A stretch of DNA of 14,534 nt. Source: Selaginella moellendorffii. Taxonomy: Eukaryota; Plantae; Lycopodiophyta. The notes beneath the pieces are model-generated. The model was given only the letters and a program-made list of their open reading frames with translations, did no database searches and was not told the origin of the DNA. Shown piece by piece: positions 10,646 to 14,534 of this stretch. The stretch lies in the NCBI RefSeq assembly GCF_000143415.4, contig NW_003314300.1, forward strand, positions 878,587 to 893,120, read 5' to 3'. Position numbers and translations under genes: made by a program. Numbering within the stretch: position 1 is the first letter of the stretch; each line of letters starts with the position of its first letter.

Positions 10646-10709
10646 CCACTTGGAGTAGCTGGTAACCGGTAACCAGTAACTAGTAACCAGTAACTGGGGA
10701 CCTGTAACC
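10646..10709 (-). repeat. Inverted copy of the 7-mer minisatellite at 6638-6693
   Basis: Its reverse complement GGTTACAGGTCCCCAGTTACTGGTTACTAGTTACTGGTTACCGGTTACCAGCTACTCCA aligns to 6638 onward with one extra unit. Confidence 0.85.
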
Positions 10710-10956
10710 ACCGCAGCTTGAGTGTGAAATCCAAGTGCCACCGCTGAACTTTGCATTTGTACTTGGCCGGATGAGCATAAGGACGGAATTCCTAAGTGTC
10801 TATTTAGCCAAGCATACTTGGCCTGGCTTTTTAGTTCTCTTTTGCTCTATCTTGCACTGGCTTGACAAGAACCCTCGCGTATTGAGATTGGTCCCTCAAT
10901 ATCGCTACATGATAGCTTACCATGTCTGCCAAACATCCTCACTATCATGCCCTTTG

Positions 10957-11477
10957 TGTTAGACTCCATTTGGCTCCATTTTGCGTGCTACTCCTGGCAT
11001 TAGGATGCTGGTTATTTTAGGACTATTCCAAGTTGCTTTGTGTCCCTGTCTCTTCACTCCTTGGGCTTTATGCTTGGGAGTTGCTCCATGGTCTAGTTCC
11101 ATTACTCCTTGGTTCCATGCTTGGGAGTTAGGAACCGTTCCTTCATTCAGTGGCCAAGGCCATGAAACTCGGGTTCCACACCACGTTCTTTTGGACACAT
11201 GGCAAGTGACATGTGGCATCTGTCACGTGGCACATGGAGGGTTTAGGTTCCGCTTCATAGTGTTATCCTATGGTAAATCACCATAGAATAAATGGTCAAA
11301 ACCACATGTGCTACACTCTTTTTCCTTATTTTCCTCCTCTTTTCACACTTTTTCTACACTTTTCTTCAACTTTAGGGACTGGGTTTTCCTCCCTGTCTCC
11401 AAACTTCACACCTACCTCTTTTCTTTCTTTTCCACTTTGTTTTCTAGAGTTTCTACTATTTCACGCAGCTACCAACA
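10957..11477 (+). repeat. LTR of a third family inside the inner element's 3' UTR
   Basis: TGTTAG...CCAACA ends, G-box-like cluster, pyrimidine patch, followed by a PBS-like site. 10957-11315 is homologous (inverted) to 13224-13638. An alternative right end is 11315. Confidence 0.65.
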
Positions 11478-11479
11478 CT

Positions 11480-11494
11480 TGGCATCAATAGCAG
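11480..11494 (+). promoter_or_regulatory. Degenerate PBS, tRNA-Ser-like
   Basis: TGGCATCAATAGCAG versus the recalled tRNA-Ser complement TGGCGTCGACAGCAG. All 3 mismatches are CG/CAG deamination-type transitions. Confidence 0.55.
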
Positions 11495-11561
11495 AGGTAC
11501 ACTCTACACTCTTCAGAGGGTTCTCGCGCGTCTGGAGCCAGCACGAACCACCGTGGTCGCA

Positions 11562-11748
11562 TGTTAAGGTGTGGCCACCGAGAGAGTGAGAGAGAGAGAG
11601 GGAATATTCTGGTCCTCAGAATATTCTCCATCTTCCTTGTATAAAACCCTTGCCTCACAAGGGCAAGGGGGGGCATTTTGTGAAGAGCATTGAAGCATTT
11701 CTCGTGTTTGAGCGAGCGTTGGGGGAGGCGCCTGTCCTTCCCCCAACA
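11562..11748 (+). repeat. 3' LTR of inner element (187 bp)
   Basis: Ungapped match to 5598-5784, followed by TSD ATGC. Confidence 0.95.
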
Positions 11749-11752
11749 ATGC

Positions 11753-13223
11753 CGGAGGTGACTGTTGACTTCATTGATGATGTCTTGATCCACTTAGATG
11801 GGACATGGGAGGAGTACGTTCGTGATGTTTGTAAAGTGTTAAATCAGATATGTGACATTGGTTTAAAGCTGAAGCGGTAAAAGTGCATGTTTAGGTCCAA
11901 GGACACAACTTATCTTGGGTACTGTATTTTTTGTCAGGGTTTGCAAATTGATCCTGACAAACTTATGGTTGTTCTAAAATTCCCTACTCCAAAGTGTGTG
12001 AATGATGTGTAGTTCTTCTTGGGCAAGGTGCAATATCTCGGTCATTTTGTAGATCATCTTTCTGATCGCATTGAACCGTTGCAAGTGTTGCTGAAGTCAT
12101 CAATGTCATCTTTCATCTGGTCTTCAGATTGTGGGCCGGCGTTCATGGATCTTAAAGAGCTATTGACGACTCCTTTGGTTTTGGCATATCCTAACTACAC
12201 TCGACCTTTTATTTTGCGTGTGGATGTTTTTTACATTGGTCTTGGAGGTGTGTTGATGCAAGAGAGCTCGAATGTGCCTGGTCAATGCCATCCGATTGTG
12301 TATATAAGCCGTATATTACAACTAGCAGAGATGAACTACTCCACAACAGAGAAGGAGTATTTAGCAGCAGTTTGGGGCTTCGAGAATCTTCATGCATATC
12401 TATATGGTTCTCAAACGTTACTTGAATGTGACTATGCTACTGTTACTTCGTTATTAAAGCAGAAGAATCTAGTTGGTCGTACTGCTCGATGAGGTTTGAA
12501 GCTTCAAATATATGATTTTGATGTTGTTCATCACCTAAGGAGTTCTATGGCTGATGCTAATGTCCTGTCTCAAGCTCTTCTTCCTTCTCCACTTTCTTCT
12601 CATATTTTTGATGAGCCTATTATTCCAGCATCTGTGGATTTTCTAGACGAGGATTCTGTGCCATTGGTGCTTGCTGTACTTGATGTTCAGTATCCACAAG
12701 GCGTAGAACAAGATCTACCTTATCTTGATGAGGTTTGTGAGGCTCAAAAGATTGAGCCATGGATTCGAAGGCTTCAAGATGGGTTTGAGAATCTTGCATT
12801 TACATTCTCAATATCGCCTTGAAGACGGCCTTCTTTATTTTGTGGGGACGGATCCTGATGATCATTTACGGCTGGTGGTGCCTTCTGTCTTTATTCCGCG
12901 GTTTCTCCATGCCTACCATAATTCTCCTGTTCTAAATGGGCATATGAGACATCATTGTATAACTGAGAAGCTGCGCAGGTCTTTCTATTAGTCAGAAATG
13001 TGACGTAATATTATCTAGTATGTCCGTAACTCCATTTGGTGCCAAGCTCGTAATGCTCCCCCTCGTGTTGCAGAAGGACAATTGGAGTCAATTGCAATTT
13101 CCCGTCCGTTTAAGTTGGTGGTATTTGATCTTATGGGACCTTTTCCATAATTGACTGTTGGAAATGAGTATGTTATTATTGCTTCTGACTACTTGACTTG
13201 TTGGGTGGAAGTTGGTGCTCTTG
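11753..13223 (+). pseudogene. pol: pol 3' part of outer element: RT C-half, RNase H, integrase N-part
   Basis: DFIDDVLI, YLGY, PFILRVDVFYIGLGGVL, NYSTTEKEYLAAVW, H..H(GH)...C zinc-finger region, FDLMGPF...DYLTCWVE. Confidence 0.95.
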
Positions 13224-13638
13224 TGTAGCGCACATGGTTTTGACCCTTATCCTATGGTGATTTACCATAGGATAACACCACGAAGCGGAACCTAAACCCT
13301 CTTTATGCCATGTGATATATGCCACGTGTCCAAATGATAGTGGTCTGGAACCCGAGGTTCAAGGCCTTGGGCCACTGAATGAAGGAACAGTGCCAAACTC
13401 CCAAGCATGGAGCCAAGGAGTGTGTGAGACACAAAATCCCTAGGCCCCAAAGTAGAGCCGGAAAGGGCGCCACGTGGTAGTGGCCGAAGCGAGAGCCAAA
13501 CGAGCGTAACACGTTAGGACCAAAAGCTCCGACTTGAAAAGTCAAGAGCGGGAGTGGAACTCCCAACGAAGTGCTCGAGGAACGAGCACGAAGCGAGCAA
13601 AAGGCGAGGCTCCAAAAAGGGACCCAAAAGGACCAACA
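13224..13638 (-). mobile_element. LTR segment related to 10957-11315, inverted, abutting the broken outer integrase
   Basis: 13224-13420 aligns well to the reverse complement of 11105-11315. 13590-13640 aligns loosely to the reverse complement of 10955-10995. Confidence 0.75.
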
Positions 13639-13658
13639 CATGACACGTGGGAGTGTCC

Positions 13659-14251
13659 GAGATGGACTCGAGTTGGAGTCCGAAGTGGAGTCCAAGATGG
13701 ACCCGAGTTGGAGTCCGAAGTGGAGTCCGAGATGGACCCGAGTTGGAGTCCGAAGTGGAGTCCGAGATGAACCCGAGTTGGAGTCCGAAGTGGAGTCCGA
13801 GATGGACCCGAGATGGAGTCCGAGATGGAGTCCGAAGTGGAGTCCGAGGTGGACCCGAGATGGACCCGAGTTGGAGTCCGAAGTGGAGTCCGAGATGGAC
13901 CCGAGATGGAGTCCAAGATGGAGTCCGAGATGGAGTCCGAGGTGGACCCGAGATGGACCCGAAATGGAGTCCGAGATGGAGTCCGAGATGGACCCGAGAT
14001 GGAGTCCGAGATGGAGTCCGAGATGGACTCGAGATGGACCCAAGATGGAGTCCGAGATGGAGTCTGAGATGGAGTCCGAGATGGAGTCCGAAGTCGAGAC
14101 CGAGACCGGGACCGAGACCGGGACCGAGACCGAGACCGAGATCGGGACCGAGACCGAGACCGAGGCCGAGGCCAAGACCGAGCCCGAGCCCGAGTCCGAG
14201 TCCGAATCCGAGTCCGAGTCCGAGTCCGAGTCCGAGTCCGAGTCCGAGTCC
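13659..14251. repeat. Hierarchical tandem array of 11/12-mers (GAGATGGACCC, GAGWTGGAGTCC, GAAGTGGAGTCC) grading into hexamers (GAGACC, GAGGCC, GAGCCC, GAGTCC)
   Basis: Four 35-bp higher-order units at 13659-13798, mixed 11/12-mers to ~14089, hexamers ~14096-14251. Confidence 0.97.
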
Positions 14252-14534
14252 GGAGCCTGAGAGGGTGAAAGCCCAAAGCGTTCGTCTCCCAGACCCTGGG
14301 GGGTTTGGTGAGCTCCAAAAGTATAGTAGGGGGAGGACTGCAGTGGAGCCAGTTTGGCCAGGAAAGGCCAGTTTGGCCCAGGAAGGCCGGACCCAGTGTT
14401 GGGTGATGAGCTGCCCACTGGGAAGTCCAAGACTAGAGTGAACACGGACCGACAAGCGGGGTAGCTTGGTGAAGTGTTCAAGAGCCGGCTCTAGTTCCCC
14501 CGGGAGATCGACTAGCCGATGCTCCCAATCCAAG

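Larger units (their letters stand above)
5598..11748 (+). mobile_element. Nested non-autonomous (RT-less) Ty3/gypsy element with 4-bp TSD ATGC
   Basis: Direct repeats 5598-5784 and 11562-11748 with TG...CA ends. ATGC at 5594-5597 and 11749-11752. Internal PBS, gag, protease and integrase pieces. Confidence 0.95.
3133..13223 (+). mobile_element. Outer Ty3/gypsy LTR retrotransposon (decayed; interrupted at 5598-11748, truncated at 13223)
   Basis: gag(CCHC)-PR-RT-RH-INT order. The RT frame is restored after removing the insert and one TSD copy. The left boundary is uncertain. Confidence 0.9.

Noticed and set aside
10955-11315. Solo LTR with 5-bp TSD CCCTT/CTCTT
   Set aside because: The TSD is imperfect, and the CCAACA end plus Ser-like PBS at 11477-11494 fit a longer LTR better. 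Kept only as an alternative.
13642-13650. Tf1-like self-priming site complementary to 13322-13330
   Set aside because: The 9-nt complementarity is explained by palindromic G-box (CACGTG) motifs that recur locally.
13659-13798. 35-bp periodicity resembling a CRISPR array
   Set aside because: The units are contiguous with no unique spacers, there are no cas genes, and the context is eukaryotic TE.
13303-14533. Long overlapping ORFs (229-392 aa) on both strands
   Set aside because: They arise from stop-free tandem repeats open in most frames, and the translations are low-complexity with no domain.

Overview
No cellular genes are recognisable. The window is a nest of decayed Ty3/gypsy LTR retrotransposons, and the CG- and CHG-type C>T/G>A decay points to a methylated plant genome. 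An outer + strand element (putative LTR ~3133-3305, gag, protease, RT, RNase H, integrase; truncated at 13223) is split inside its RT by a 6151-bp inner element (5598-11748; 187-bp LTRs, 4-bp ATGC TSD, tRNA-Trp PBS). The inner element carries gag and protease but no RT, has shuffled RNase H/integrase fragments, a 5'/3'-UTR inverted repeat, and no polypurine tract. A third family's LTR plus a tRNA-Ser-like PBS (10957-11494) sits in its 3' UTR. A related LTR segment recurs inverted at 13224-13638, followed by a CpG-rich hierarchical tandem array (13659-14251). The first 1 kb holds two more gypsy remnants, and ~1100-3050 is unassigned. tRNA assignments rest on recalled plant tRNA 3' ends and need a database check.
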